Below are positions 14,968 to 24,733 of a stretch of DNA of 41,116 nucleotides, one piece after another (within the stretch, counting starts at the first letter, position 1; each line of letters opens with the position of its first letter). A model generated the notes under the pieces. The model searched no databases. It saw nothing but the letters and a program-made list of their open reading frames with translations, and had not been told where the DNA came from. Source of the DNA: Methylophaga sp. (GTDB taxonomy: Bacteria; Pseudomonadota; Gammaproteobacteria; Nitrosococcales; Methylophagaceae). Location of the stretch: the NCBI GenBank assembly GCA_007117275.1, contig SKGV01000074.1, positions 1 to 41,116 of the forward strand, written 5' to 3'. Made by a program: the position numbers and the translations under genes.

Positions 14968-16154
14968 ACTGCGACCACTTCGACATCAGCAGCGAGCAGT
15001 GATGCTTTTTCATAAATCAAGATGTCAATTGTATTTGTGCTGTACGACCCTGCGCCAGAAGACTTTTTTGCCAGCTCGCACCTGGTTACAAAAACCCCGG
15101 AAAGTATTGAATTTACGCCAGCTGCCACTTCAAACGGGCTTGCGTCCTCGCCCAAATAAAAGCCAAGCTCGTCCTCAACTCCACCGGCTGCATATTGAGC
15201 CACTGCATCTCTGATGTCCGAAATACTGGAATTGCCGACTCTGGCAGTGATACGGCAAATAAGTGGCACGTCAGCTGGCCGATCAAACTGCACAGGGATA
15301 ACTTGGCTGCTGACAGGGTCGGTGTAGCTGATCGTGACATCTCCGTTAAACCCGCTGCCCCCAGTGCGTGCTCGGTAGTAGGCCTCTGCTATCTCTGTGC
15401 CTACCCCGCCATCAACGCAAACCCAAGTGCTATGCGACTGCATTGTTACATTGCTGATTACCTGCTCGGTTCCCGCCGTGTTTTCGAGGAATTTGATGCC
15501 ATTTACGCCGGATAATTTGCTGACTGCGGAGATAACGGAATAGGAGTTGGTGCGCGAATTTGAACCCAGCTCAAGTCTGCGCTGTCTGCGCGCCGATCGG
15601 TCTGACTGCTCTAGCTTTCCGGGTGATGCTGGCGCGGGGTTGTTAATGGTCTCCCAGCCCACAACACCGGAAATGATTTTTGTGATGCTGTCTGATTCCG
15701 CTGTAACAGCACCAAAATCCACGGCTCTAAAGGTGACTGTGGCCTGACCTGATGAGTCCAGCGTCACATCAAAAGCCGATTGCCATAACGCTCGGTCATC
15801 ACCCTCAGCAAAGCGCCCTGCGGGGATCAGGGTGCCGGGCACGCCTGTCAAAACACACTGGACAGTAGATCGCTCTGCTGAATCTCGCTCAGATCCCAGA
15901 AGGGCGAGGTGCGCATCCAGAAATGTGCCACTGGCAAGATTCGGGTTTTGCTGATTGGCCAGCAGGGCGTTGTTTCTGGCCACGGAAATCCGTGCGGTGA
16001 CCTCGGCATCAATCAGCCGCCCCTCTGCGCTGGACGGATCAGGAGCCTCGGACAACCCAAGTGCATCAATCCATTCTTGCTCGACCTCGGACAGAATCTC
16101 TGATGTATCTGGGACAATGGTGCCGTTCAAGCTGATGTAGTTATAATCTGCCAT
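14964..16154 (-). CDS. Baseplate J/gp47-like wedge protein
   Basis: NPNLASG.FLD, G.PGT.IPAG, G...ESD...R.R and V..LSGV motifs; start trimmed to MADYNY. Confidence 0.85.
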   Translation of the reverse strand: MADYNYISLNGTIVPDTSEILSEVEQEWIDALGLSEAPDPSSAEGRLIDAEVTARISVARNNALLANQQNPNLASGTFLDAHLALLGSERDSAERSTVQCVLTGVPGTLIPAGRFAEGDDRALWQSAFDVTLDSSGQATVTFRAVDFGAVTAESDSITKIISGVVGWETINNPAPASPGKLEQSDRSARRQRRLELGSNSRTNSYSVISAVSKLSGVNGIKFLENTAGTEQVISNVTMQSHSTWVCVDGGVGTEIAEAYYRARTGGSGFNGDVTISYTDPVSSQVIPVQFDRPADVPLICRITARVGNSSISDIRDAVAQYAAGGVEDELGFYLGEDASPFEVAAGVNSILSGVFVTRCELAKKSSGAGSYSTNTIDILIYEKASLLAADVEVVAV

Positions 16155-16497
16155 TGATCGTGTCCGTGCCATAGTCTGTTAAAATTGAGGCGCTGTAACT
16201 CAGTTCTCCGTCGATTATATCATAGTCAAACTGTGAGACCCTGACCACGCCCGCGACATTCTCGATATTTGTAATCGCTTGGAATTTGAACAGCTGGTAA
16301 TTCGGATTGCCCGAAAAAACATTGTTGAAATAATCCACGCCTTTGGTTTTTCTGTATTGCAGTTCGCCTAGTTGTTGGCGCATGGCGCTGTCACAATTCT
16401 GCAGCACTGCGTCGATGTTTTTAACTGTTGCCAGTTTTCCGCCAGAAACTACCAGATCACGGGTAACTGGGTCGGCTTTTAGCGCCTGTCGTTTCAT
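16141..16497 (-). CDS. Baseplate gp25/gp46-like protein
   Basis: GE.......GVDY, I..V.GV..V and I.T.YG pattern; position between spike and baseplate J. Confidence 0.7.
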   Translation of the reverse strand: MKRQALKADPVTRDLVVSGGKLATVKNIDAVLQNCDSAMRQQLGELQYRKTKGVDYFNNVFSGNPNYQLFKFQAITNIENVAGVVRVSQFDYDIIDGELSYSASILTDYGTDTINGRL

Positions 16498-17255
16498 TGC
16501 GGGCCTCCAGTGTTATCACTTCCACCTGGATCGGTCCAAGTATAGGGGTGCGTGTGCTCTGAAAATTCAACACCTGCAATCGACACGCCGCCAGATGCTG
16601 TAACTGTGGTCGTGACGATGGTCGGAACAGAAAGCGTTCCAGCTGCAGTTATATCCCCGCTCACCACTATATTCCCATTAACCGTCAAATCCCCGTTAAC
16701 AGTCATGCCGCTGGGCACATCTGCGGTTATATCCTGATCTGTGGCCACCCACGACACGCCGCCGTTTTTGATTCTGATCTCTGATTCATCTATGGCGATT
16801 TTTACAGTGCCTGCGCGGTTCTGAATGACCACAGCACCCGAGTCCTCGCCAGATATTGTAAAATTGGTCATAATATCTGGCACAAACTTTGCATCAGAAA
16901 ACGAATGCTTGCGCCTGCTACCAGGGTCTGACTCTTCGTAAAACTGCAAAAAAATACTGGTGTCTCGATCTGCCGCCTCGATCCAACCGATGTCACCTAC
17001 GGCCACAGGGAACGACATTACAAAATTTCCCGCGCCAGCCTGATAAACCGTCAACCCTTCAATCACATCTCTTGCCAGCGTGTCTCCAGTCACTCCGACA
17101 ATCCTGATTAGTGGGCGCACAGATACGCGCTGGCGGTCCTCTGAAACCTTCGTTACTACGCACGGCAAGGCGCATTGAATGCGCTTCGATATTGCGTCTG
17201 CCATCTCCTGCAGCAGACCCTCCAGCGTGTCGCTTCTGCTATCATCGTTGATCAT
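16494..17255 (-). CDS. Baseplate central spike (Gp138/gpV-like)
   Basis: ALPCVV, FPVAVGD.G....ADRD and R.HSFSDA.F motifs, a VNGD.TVNGN beta-helix and a C-terminal HTH metal-binding motif. Confidence 0.85.
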   Translation of the reverse strand: MINDDSRSDTLEGLLQEMADAISKRIQCALPCVVTKVSEDRQRVSVRPLIRIVGVTGDTLARDVIEGLTVYQAGAGNFVMSFPVAVGDIGWIEAADRDTSIFLQFYEESDPGSRRKHSFSDAKFVPDIMTNFTISGEDSGAVVIQNRAGTVKIAIDESEIRIKNGGVSWVATDQDITADVPSGMTVNGDLTVNGNIVVSGDITAAGTLSVPTIVTTTVTASGGVSIAGVEFSEHTHPYTWTDPGGSDNTGGPQ

Positions 17256-18085
17256 CGCAGTGGATTGCACTCCGCATTAAGGTAAAATGGATCAGCTCGA
17301 TTGGCTACGTGGTAGTCAGTCCGGTACACGACATACGGACCATTGATTGCCGGATTCAATTCTGTCTCCAGATCTATCCTAGTGCCGATTGTAGTCACGG
17401 GATCATACAGCATTTTGAGCTTAACGCCTGACTCGATGGGAATGGCCTCTAACAGCCCATTGCTAACATTTGCGCGCCTCACCGGCAGGCCCCTCGCTTG
17501 CTGTCCTGGCTCTTTAACGTACATTACACAGCTGACAACGTAAACATCTGCATTTGCCAAGTCTTCAAACTGCGACAACTGCGACTGAGCAGATCCAGTA
17601 AACGAGTAGCTGCGTATATTCCTATCTTCAATTTCAAACGATAATCCATATCCGCAGTCATCAGCCACCCATTTTGCTATGTCGGACAGCTTTGTTAGGT
17701 CGGTGCCAGATCTGGTTATCAGGCTGCGCTTATTGTAGTAGCCGGTTTTGCAGATCAGCCGCAGCCCAGTATCTGGTTTTCCTATCATCTCAGAGCGATA
17801 CACGTCACCCTGATAGCGTGTGTGCGTGCCGTAACTTTCTCGCCCGACCTCCAGCACTACGGATATTCTGTCCGCACCTGTGACCAGCGGTCGAGTGTTG
17901 CGTAAAATGTAGTCACGCACATTACGACTTACACCAAGCACCGTAATATCGCAATCACCCTCTGTCGGGTTTGCAAAATTTCGCCCTTTTGCTTCGATGA
18001 ATAGCGGCGTATCAAGGCCCCCGTACCATCTTAGCTCGTCGTTGATAGCAATCCCCAAGCTTATGATTCTGCGATCAATCGCCAT
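17252..18085 (-). CDS. Baseplate hub protein
   Basis: Size, position and composition; start trimmed to MAIDRR. Confidence 0.7.
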   Translation of the reverse strand: MAIDRRIISLGIAINDELRWYGGLDTPLFIEAKGRNFANPTEGDCDITVLGVSRNVRDYILRNTRPLVTGADRISVVLEVGRESYGTHTRYQGDVYRSEMIGKPDTGLRLICKTGYYNKRSLITRSGTDLTKLSDIAKWVADDCGYGLSFEIEDRNIRSYSFTGSAQSQLSQFEDLANADVYVVSCVMYVKEPGQQARGLPVRRANVSNGLLEAIPIESGVKLKMLYDPVTTIGTRIDLETELNPAINGPYVVYRTDYHVANRADPFYLNAECNPLR

Positions 18086-18092
18086 TTCGCAA

Positions 18093-18395
18093 CTACTCCA
18101 ATTCCTCGGCGCCCACCCAGTACAAAAACTGGCTTTTACCAAACTGCTGATAATCAATATCTTCTGATTTTGGCACTGACAATGCAAAATTACCGTCTTT
18201 TTCCATGTGCCGGTAGGGCATCAAAAATTCGCCCGGAACAATACGCTGACCAACAACAACAGGATTGTCATTGGTCGTGATGTTACAAACAATTACGCCA
18301 GCCTGAATTGATTTCAGAGTTATATCATACCGTGAATCGTTAATATTGACCGCCAGCTTTTGATTTGGGATTGCAAGAATACTGATCTTTTTCAC
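18093..18395 (-). CDS. Small baseplate (plug-like) protein
   Basis: IPNQ...V...YDITLK...GNF...YQQFG...FLYW pattern; position. Confidence 0.6.
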   Translation of the reverse strand: MKKISILAIPNQKLAVNINDSRYDITLKSIQAGVIVCNITTNDNPVVVGQRIVPGEFLMPYRHMEKDGNFALSVPKSEDIDYQQFGKSQFLYWVGAEELE

Positions 18396-18398
18396 GGC

Positions 18399-18914
18399 TT
18401 ACACTCCAAAAAGATTACTGAGGACCGTGCCGGTTCTCTCTGGTCTTCTATTTCCAGTATCAGCAGTGTCTGAGTCTGCGGGGTCGGCCACCTCCGACAA
18501 GGGCAGCGTATCAACGTTTGGAGATTGAAATCGCTGCTCTACAAAATCTAGGTTTAGCATAACCGTGTTTTTGGCGTCCTCCTCATGCGGAAGCGACTCG
18601 ATATACAGTCCCGAGTAGGTTTCAACTTTGGTCTGGATGATAAACCGAGTATTGCTGCGAAACGCTTTTTTTATTGCGCGGTACACCTCGACATAATCAT
18701 CAGGATCAAGGACGCATCGGAGTGATACGCGATCCTGATTATGTATAGCGTGGTCACTAATCACCACCCCGTTTTCGAGCGTGTGCTGGGGATATAAAAT
18801 GCTTGACCCAGCGCTAACCGACATAATTCCCACGGTATCAAAAATCTGGTTGCCGTCCTCATCAAGGATTGCTGTTACCGGCTCAAAGCTATTGTCTCGA
18901 AAAAAAGATGGCAT
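18399..18914 (-). CDS. Distal tail / tube-initiator-like baseplate protein
   Basis: H.LE.G..ISDH and IQT....Y..L.I motifs; follows the tape measure gene. Confidence 0.7.
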   Translation of the reverse strand: MPSFFRDNSFEPVTAILDEDGNQIFDTVGIMSVSAGSSILYPQHTLENGVVISDHAIHNQDRVSLRCVLDPDDYVEVYRAIKKAFRSNTRFIIQTKVETYSGLYIESLPHEEDAKNTVMLNLDFVEQRFQSPNVDTLPLSEVADPADSDTADTGNRRPERTGTVLSNLFGV

Positions 18915-20620
18915 CAGTAGGCTACTCCATCGTCCAGATTACCTCGGCTCGTAGCAATTTGGCGTGTCAGCTCGTCTCCAAAAACCGATGCGGCTTGCTC
19001 TCTGTCCATCCCTCTGGCGTCCACGCTGGTGCTATATTGATTGCTCTGATTGACATAGCTAACGCGGCTGCCTGGAGCGCCTGCACCGGACAGCATTGGA
19101 TTGGCGTTGGCCTGCCCAGACACAGCAAGCGCCGCCTCTGATTGCCTCTGGAGCCTCTGCACTTCTTCCAACTCCTCATCATCGCCACCGCCCAGCCATC
19201 CGGTAACTGTGCCCCAGGCGTTTCCAGCCATGTCGCCAATCCATTGCAGGTCGGGTATCATGCCCATCAGCCCATCAATCAAATCTCTCGTTGTCTCGAT
19301 TGGAGACGCAATAAACCCGAGCACGCCAGAAATTATCTGGCCCAGCATCTGAAAAGCGGCAATGACCGCATCAACAACCATTTCCGCAGTTTCTCCGAAG
19401 CCGCTAAGCGCGCCTTCTGACTGCCCAAAAATCGAGCCAAAAACCTCGCCAAGAAACTCGACCGCATTAGACAGGTTTGCAAACATCTCTTGTCCGAACT
19501 GAGCAAACTCACCAATCAGGAATTTGACGCCATTGATAATTCCGTCAAGAAGTGTACCAAACCACGAATATTTTTCGGCCAGCGAGCCTACAAAAGACTC
19601 CTGCCCACCAAGATACGCTTTGACATCCTCGTATAGCGCGGCAACGATCAGCGAAACCCCAGCAATGGCTGCGCCGATTGCCAAAAAAGGCCAAGTGGCC
19701 GCAATGGTAGCGGCGGCCGCAGCTGTCATAGCTGGCAGGTAGGCGGCTGCAATAATGGCGGCAACAGCGACAAAAAACCCAACAACAAACGTCTGGTGAT
19801 CCTGCACCCACTGGTAAATAACCTGGAATTTGTCGAGCAAAAATGTCAGTACTGGCAGTATTTTTTGGTTGGCCGTATCAGCGGCCCCAACAAACATTCG
19901 CCGCATATTGTGCAGCGAGTCGTTGAATTTTGCAGATGCTTCGTATCCCTCTTGAGTTCTGCCCCCCATTTGGCGCTGCTGCTCTACCAAGCCCTCTACA
20001 GCATCTCGACCCTGTTGGAGCAGCATTATGGTGCCCTGATCCAACCCTAGCCTTTGCCCAAAGGCAACAGATTCGCTTCTGCTTAGGCCTTGAAAAGAGT
20101 CGGCAAGCTCCGGTAGTAGGTCGTTCACCTCTCTAATTTTTCCGGCAGAGTCTAAGGCAGAAATGCCGAGCCTACCCAGCACTTCAACTATCTCTCCCCC
20201 GCCGCCCATAGCGACATCGCCCATTGCAGAATTTAACGACTGAACAGATGAACGAAAAGAGTCGATAGAGCCGCCGTTTAGCGTTACCGCAGACCCCCAC
20301 GCATCGACCTCCTCAATAGACATGCCGACGGTTTCTGTAAATTTCCCAAGATCATCAGTGGCTAACGCTTGCCCAAACACCGCCGAGCTGATTGCCTGCC
20401 ATGACAGATAGGCTGCAATCAAGCCGCCGACTGATCCTGCTAGTCCGCTAAAACTCTCCGATCCCCTGACAGCAGAATCCGAGGCATTATCAACGCCCCT
20501 TGCTGCGTTGCGAGCAGATCCTTCTGTATCGTCCAGACTATCGGACAGGCGCTCAATACTGTCTGCAGCGTCATCAGCATCAGTGTCAAACAGTATTGCA
20601 AATTGATCGAGCAGAGACAT
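18914..20620 (-). CDS. Tail tape measure protein
   Basis: 568-aa Ala/Gly-rich helical protein with a hydrophobic central segment, after the chaperones. Confidence 0.85.
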   Translation of the reverse strand: MSLLDQFAILFDTDADDAADSIERLSDSLDDTEGSARNAARGVDNASDSAVRGSESFSGLAGSVGGLIAAYLSWQAISSAVFGQALATDDLGKFTETVGMSIEEVDAWGSAVTLNGGSIDSFRSSVQSLNSAMGDVAMGGGGEIVEVLGRLGISALDSAGKIREVNDLLPELADSFQGLSRSESVAFGQRLGLDQGTIMLLQQGRDAVEGLVEQQRQMGGRTQEGYEASAKFNDSLHNMRRMFVGAADTANQKILPVLTFLLDKFQVIYQWVQDHQTFVVGFFVAVAAIIAAAYLPAMTAAAAATIAATWPFLAIGAAIAGVSLIVAALYEDVKAYLGGQESFVGSLAEKYSWFGTLLDGIINGVKFLIGEFAQFGQEMFANLSNAVEFLGEVFGSIFGQSEGALSGFGETAEMVVDAVIAAFQMLGQIISGVLGFIASPIETTRDLIDGLMGMIPDLQWIGDMAGNAWGTVTGWLGGGDDEELEEVQRLQRQSEAALAVSGQANANPMLSGAGAPGSRVSYVNQSNQYSTSVDARGMDREQAASVFGDELTRQIATSRGNLDDGVAY

Positions 20621-20690
20621 AGCTAATCCTGTCTGGTTTTATTTTATTACATGCTGCGCGGAAAATGCTGCAAGCAGCAAATATCGATAC

Positions 20691-20939
20691 CTAGCCGTTC
20701 TTGGCTTTCTCCTGAGCCTCTTTGTGCGCCCAGTATTCGTTAATTTTCGGCACTATGGCCGATTCGTACAAATTCAGCGCGTCTTCGTAGTCGTATTCTT
20801 TTCTGAGTTCTGCGAGCGTTGCTTGGCGTTCACTGAGGATAAACCCGAGAATAGGCTGGATATTTGCGTAATCTGTGCTTTTGCTTGGTCGATCAGCGAG
20901 CGGGACATTTTGAAGATCCGCCCGCTGTTCATAAAATTT
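20691..20939 (-). CDS. Tail assembly chaperone -1-frame extension (gpT-like)
   Basis: Open -1 frame with no start of its own: ...TDYANIQPILGFILSERQATLAELRKEYDYEDALNLYESAIVPKINEYWAHKEAQEKAKNG*. Slippery heptamers at 20933-20939 and 20840-20846. Confidence 0.6.
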   Translation of the reverse strand, partial: KFYEQRADLQNVPLADRPSKSTDYANIQPILGFILSERQATLAELRKEYDYEDALNLYESAIVPKINEYWAHKEAQEKAKNG

Positions 20940-21277
20940 GTGTTGTAGTCGTGAACCTCGCGCATCAGCAGCAGGAACATATCGCCATCTGGGATGTGAG
21001 CATTGATCAAGTGATCGCTGGACAGGGCTACATACTCACCGTTAGGCATTTTTGCCTCAACGAATTTACACATGTCATTGCCCAGCTTTTGGAATGCCTT
21101 GGCATACTGTTCCGAGTTGGCCGGGCTTCCCTTCACCGCATCACGCAGCAGGGACGCACCCCGTGTGATCATCTCGATGGCCTGGGTAGCTGGGTAGCGT
21201 CCAATCTGAAACTCTTTCCCGACAGCTTCGCCAGAAACACTAGAGTTTAGTGTTATTTCTTTCGGCTTAATTAGCAT
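20774..21277 (-). CDS. Tail assembly chaperone (gpG-like)
   Basis: MLIKPKEI...F.I.RYPA...LINAHIPD; upstream of the tape measure gene. Confidence 0.7.
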   Translation of the reverse strand: MLIKPKEITLNSSVSGEAVGKEFQIGRYPATQAIEMITRGASLLRDAVKGSPANSEQYAKAFQKLGNDMCKFVEAKMPNGEYVALSSDHLINAHIPDGDMFLLLMREVHDYNTNFMNSGRIFKMSRSLIDQAKAQITQISSLFSGLSSVNAKQRSQNSEKNTTTKTR

Positions 21278-21575
21278 TGTTTACTCTCTGTCTTCTGATG
21301 CAGTTGAGATACCACCTGTCAGCATATTCGTTGATGGCGCGATTCTTGAAATCCGGCGTGCTGTATTGGGGCATACCGTAGACCTCTACGACCATGCTTT
21401 CGTGAGGTTCGCGGCCATCTGCTCGACCCATCATTTCGCGCATGGATACACCGCTTTGACGCTGCTCCATGATGATGCTGGCCAGATTTGCATAGCTATC
21501 ACAAATCTCCTGATCCTGATTTGCCTGAGCGGACATTGCTGCAAGCAGGGTTGCCGCAAGTAGTAATTTTTTCAT
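21267..21575 (-). CDS. Exported/periplasmic protein with a Sec signal peptide (moron-like)
   Basis: MKKLLLAATLLAAMSAQA signal; two Cys; A..IM..RQ.GV motif. Confidence 0.7.
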   Translation of the reverse strand: MKKLLLAATLLAAMSAQANQDQEICDSYANLASIIMEQRQSGVSMREMMGRADGREPHESMVVEVYGMPQYSTPDFKNRAINEYADRWYLNCIRRQRVNNAN

Positions 21576-21760
21576 AGATCTGCTCCCGCTGGATGAGTTG
21601 TTTCGCTTTCTTCTGTCTTGCAGCCTCTTAGTACGACCGCAAACAATTTTGGCTTGTTTTTGTACCAGTCAAACAATGTCGACTTTGACACGCCGGTTAT
21701 ACTGGTCACAGCAGCAAGGCTTTTCAACCCTGCTGCTTTTGCTTGTTGATTGGGGGTCAT
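21572..21760 (-). CDS. Small HTH DNA-binding protein (moron-like)
   Basis: MTPNQQAKAAGLKSLAAVTSITGVSKSTLFDWYKNKPKLF. Confidence 0.7.
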   Translation of the reverse strand: MTPNQQAKAAGLKSLAAVTSITGVSKSTLFDWYKNKPKLFAVVLRGCKTEESETTHPAGADL

Positions 21761-21809
21761 GCTTCTACCCACTCACCGCCCACGCTGGGGTAAGCGCCCC
21801 CACAGGATA

Positions 21810-22280
21810 TTACTCAGCTAGAGCCACTACAGGTGGCGTCTCGGACATTGAGCCAAACATAAATCGATAAGTCACTGTATTCAGCTTGCCGCTGGACGCC
21901 TGACTTGTAGCTGGAGCGCCCTCGACCAGTTTGCCGTCCTTGCATACCAACACGGCGCCACTAGGCATTGTGCGCGTCAGTGTGATTTTGTCGTTATTGG
22001 CCCGCTTTCCTTTTTCCGGCGTGTTGAGCTGAACCAACTGCTGCATAAAAACATGGTCCGGCGTGTTCGGGATAAGAGCAAGCGTAAGCTCTTTTGGAGT
22101 CGCCTCACTCCACGTGATCGGGTCGCCGTTGGTGCCAATCTCCATGCTGCCCAAGGTTACATTCGGGATGGATACTGGATCGGTGTCTTTCGGAAATGCG
22201 GTTAGGGGCACGGGTGCGCCCCCTGTGGTGTTGCTGGCACTGATTGTGACGATAGTGCCAAGATGTGATAAATCAGCCAT
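21810..22280 (-). CDS. Tail tube protein
   Basis: 156-aa beta-rich protein directly after the sheath gene. Confidence 0.75.
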   Translation of the reverse strand: MADLSHLGTIVTISASNTTGGAPVPLTAFPKDTDPVSIPNVTLGSMEIGTNGDPITWSEATPKELTLALIPNTPDHVFMQQLVQLNTPEKGKRANNDKITLTRTMPSGAVLVCKDGKLVEGAPATSQASSGKLNTVTYRFMFGSMSETPPVVALAE

Positions 22281-22291
22281 GTGTCAGCTCC

Positions 22292-23788
22292 TTAAATGAG
22301 GATGTGGCGGCCTTGAACGCGATCAACAGAATCACGCTTGGCATAAACAATAGTGTAATCCATGAAATATGTGGTTACACCGCTCTGGTCAACTTCTTCG
22401 TTTATCGACACTGTGCGCCACCAGCCCTTGCTTGATATGTCGCGCCATGCGTTTTCATCGGCAGTCACTTGGGTGATGAAGCCTTTCTGAGTAGTGGTCA
22501 GCTGTTTGCCAGTTGCGATAGCGCCATTGAATTTAGCTGCTTCGATGGCTGCGTCAATATAGCTGTAGCCAATGTTGATGCCCTCCTCATCCGCTGGAAT
22601 CTGGTTGAACGCCAGAAACATATTCAGGAATGCCGCTTTCAAGCTGGCCTTGAACCACTGCTCGTTTGCGTACACGCCCATTGCAGTTGGTGCAGTCGAG
22701 CCACCCATCAGCGTGCCGCGTTGGTAGAAGCTGATCATGGTGCCCGCTTCCTGGGTCACTCCGTAATAATTGACGCGCTGGCCATCGTAAAAATCAGCCA
22801 GTGTGTCGGTGGTGACAGCGGGAGTCAGTCGAGCGTCAGTCTGATACTTGTAGTTGGCACTGGCTGCAGGTTTGTCAAACTGCTGAGACGCGAGGATAGC
22901 GCACGGCAACAGCCACGGATAGTCCTCATTATCGGGGTCATGCAGGGTTAAGCCGGTGCCGCTAAAGCCGCGCAATGACTCAGAATAGGCCACGGCATTC
23001 GAGGCTGTCACCCTCTGGTGGAATTGAAACTCGATATTGCGGGCATTGTTCCACGATGCCGCCTGCTCCACTTCGTCCTGCGTCAACTCAGGGATGAAGA
23101 CGAAGCTGCCGAAATTGTTGTTGACCTGAGTAGTCTGGCTCAATACATCGGTCACGGTTTGCGCTGCGATACCGTCACTCAGGATGGCCTGAGAGCCCCA
23201 TCCCAGATCAGCCAGCAGGCCAGCAGTTGCTGAGGTGACGGTGATAGCGCCGTCTGCCGCCTCGTTGCTGTCAAAATGGAAAGCTGTGCGCCCAGAATTA
23301 AATTGGACGGTAGCAGCTGCAAGAGGTCCCGCCGCCAACTGCATGGCAGCTTGAATTGTGGCTGCAATATCGGCATAGGCTGTTGCACCGCTGAAATCTA
23401 GTCCAGTGATTTCTGTGGCAACACCGCCAATAGTTATTTCAAGCTGCCCAGTGGTGACGGCTTGCAAATCTGACAAAGGTGCAACTTTAGAGCCAAAAAT
23501 CTGAGCACTGGTGTCCACGTCCGCCCAGCGTGCAAACTGGATATTTTTTGGCTGAGTGATGACTTTGGAAACAAATCCAAAATAGTATTCGGCCTGCTTG
23601 TACTCGTCAGAAGTCGAGTCGCCAAACCACTCCAGCACAGAGTTAGGGTTGCTGAAATTCAGAATACCGCCGGTTGGGACTAGCTCGTTTGAAGTGTAGA
23701 GCCGGAGCAGCAATTCACGCGCCCCGACGGCAGCCGCGCCACCAACACCGGAGGTGATGTCAACGTAGCGATTTGATGAAATAGGCAT
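22292..23788 (-). CDS. Contractile tail sheath protein (DUF3383-like)
   Basis: MPISSNRYVDITSGVG, S.EY..A..YF, RVNYYG.TQ, YANEQW and Y.K.D.V..V.G.H.LI motifs. Confidence 0.88.
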   Translation of the reverse strand: MPISSNRYVDITSGVGGAAAVGARELLLRLYTSNELVPTGGILNFSNPNSVLEWFGDSTSDEYKQAEYYFGFVSKVITQPKNIQFARWADVDTSAQIFGSKVAPLSDLQAVTTGQLEITIGGVATEITGLDFSGATAYADIAATIQAAMQLAAGPLAAATVQFNSGRTAFHFDSNEAADGAITVTSATAGLLADLGWGSQAILSDGIAAQTVTDVLSQTTQVNNNFGSFVFIPELTQDEVEQAASWNNARNIEFQFHQRVTASNAVAYSESLRGFSGTGLTLHDPDNEDYPWLLPCAILASQQFDKPAASANYKYQTDARLTPAVTTDTLADFYDGQRVNYYGVTQEAGTMISFYQRGTLMGGSTAPTAMGVYANEQWFKASLKAAFLNMFLAFNQIPADEEGINIGYSYIDAAIEAAKFNGAIATGKQLTTTQKGFITQVTADENAWRDISSKGWWRTVSINEEVDQSGVTTYFMDYTIVYAKRDSVDRVQGRHILI

Positions 23789-23817
23789 AACGATTTACCT
23801 CGGTTGTGTTTTGATGA

Positions 23818-24372
23818 TTATACGCGACCCACGGCGCCGATAGTATCTCCGACGACCTGAGCGGGCTTAGTGTACTGGGTATTGTAGCTGACAACTACGT
23901 CGAAGCTTGGCGTAGACTCCCATTGATCAGACTCATTGAGATCAAACGCAGGGCGAACCGGAGTGCAAGACAGAATGTTTACGCCTGCGCTTTTCAATGC
24001 GCGAATTGAATCTGGGTGCTCTAGAGTGTCAGCCACTATGTGAGCAAGATCGTGAGCCGGAATATCGCTCGGGTTTGCAGGATCAAAGTCTGAAAGCGCG
24101 CTAATCTGGTACGTCTTTTGCTTCACGTGATTGATCGTCAGGCCTAGTGATTCGTCAGGCTGCTGGCTGTAGGTGCGGCCCCATCCGATATTTGTGTTAG
24201 TGACCGGCTCGATAAACACCTGATATTTTTCCGCGCCTTGGGCAGCGCCGGAATGTTGGCGTGTTGGCTGGCTGCGTCGAGATACACGCAGATCAGAGAC
24301 CCCGTATAGATTTAGCTGGCGTTTAATTTCAGCGATCAGCGCCGCCACTATCTGCCCATCAAGCATCGCCAA
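23818..24372 (-). CDS. Neck / tail-terminator protein
   Basis: Position before the sheath; NESDQWE..PSFDVVV motif. Confidence 0.65.
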   Translation of the reverse strand: MAMLDGQIVAALIAEIKRQLNLYGVSDLRVSRRSQPTRQHSGAAQGAEKYQVFIEPVTNTNIGWGRTYSQQPDESLGLTINHVKQKTYQISALSDFDPANPSDIPAHDLAHIVADTLEHPDSIRALKSAGVNILSCTPVRPAFDLNESDQWESTPSFDVVVSYNTQYTKPAQVVGDTIGAVGRV

Positions 24373-24733
24373 TCCTCACCGCTATAACCTGATTCCAGCC
24401 GCCCTGTTCCAGCCAGTCATTGGCCGTGGGCAGGGCCTTCCATTCGCTGCCGCCCCATATGATTTTGTCGGCGTTCCGAGTTCGATCCAGTAGGGCAATC
24501 AGGCTGGTATCAAAAATCTGGATGTATTGTTTCTCGAAATCCAGTCCATTCGATTGGATCTTTTCCCTGCTCAAGGGGTACACGCCTGCGCGGCGCGTCA
24601 CCGGCTCCGCATACTCATCAATATCGTATCCCTGCGCGTTGGTCGTGCGACCCAGCCACGTGACCAACTGATATTCCTGCCGTCCAATAACCGACTGAGC
24701 AGCAGACAGCACGTTAAACCCAAAATTCTGCAT
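24359..24733 (-). CDS. Head-closure / head-tail adaptor protein
   Basis: Position; D.I.W.G..W......DW....GW pattern. Confidence 0.65.
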   Translation of the reverse strand: MQNFGFNVLSAAQSVIGRQEYQLVTWLGRTTNAQGYDIDEYAEPVTRRAGVYPLSREKIQSNGLDFEKQYIQIFDTSLIALLDRTRNADKIIWGGSEWKALPTANDWLEQGGWNQVIAVRIGDA

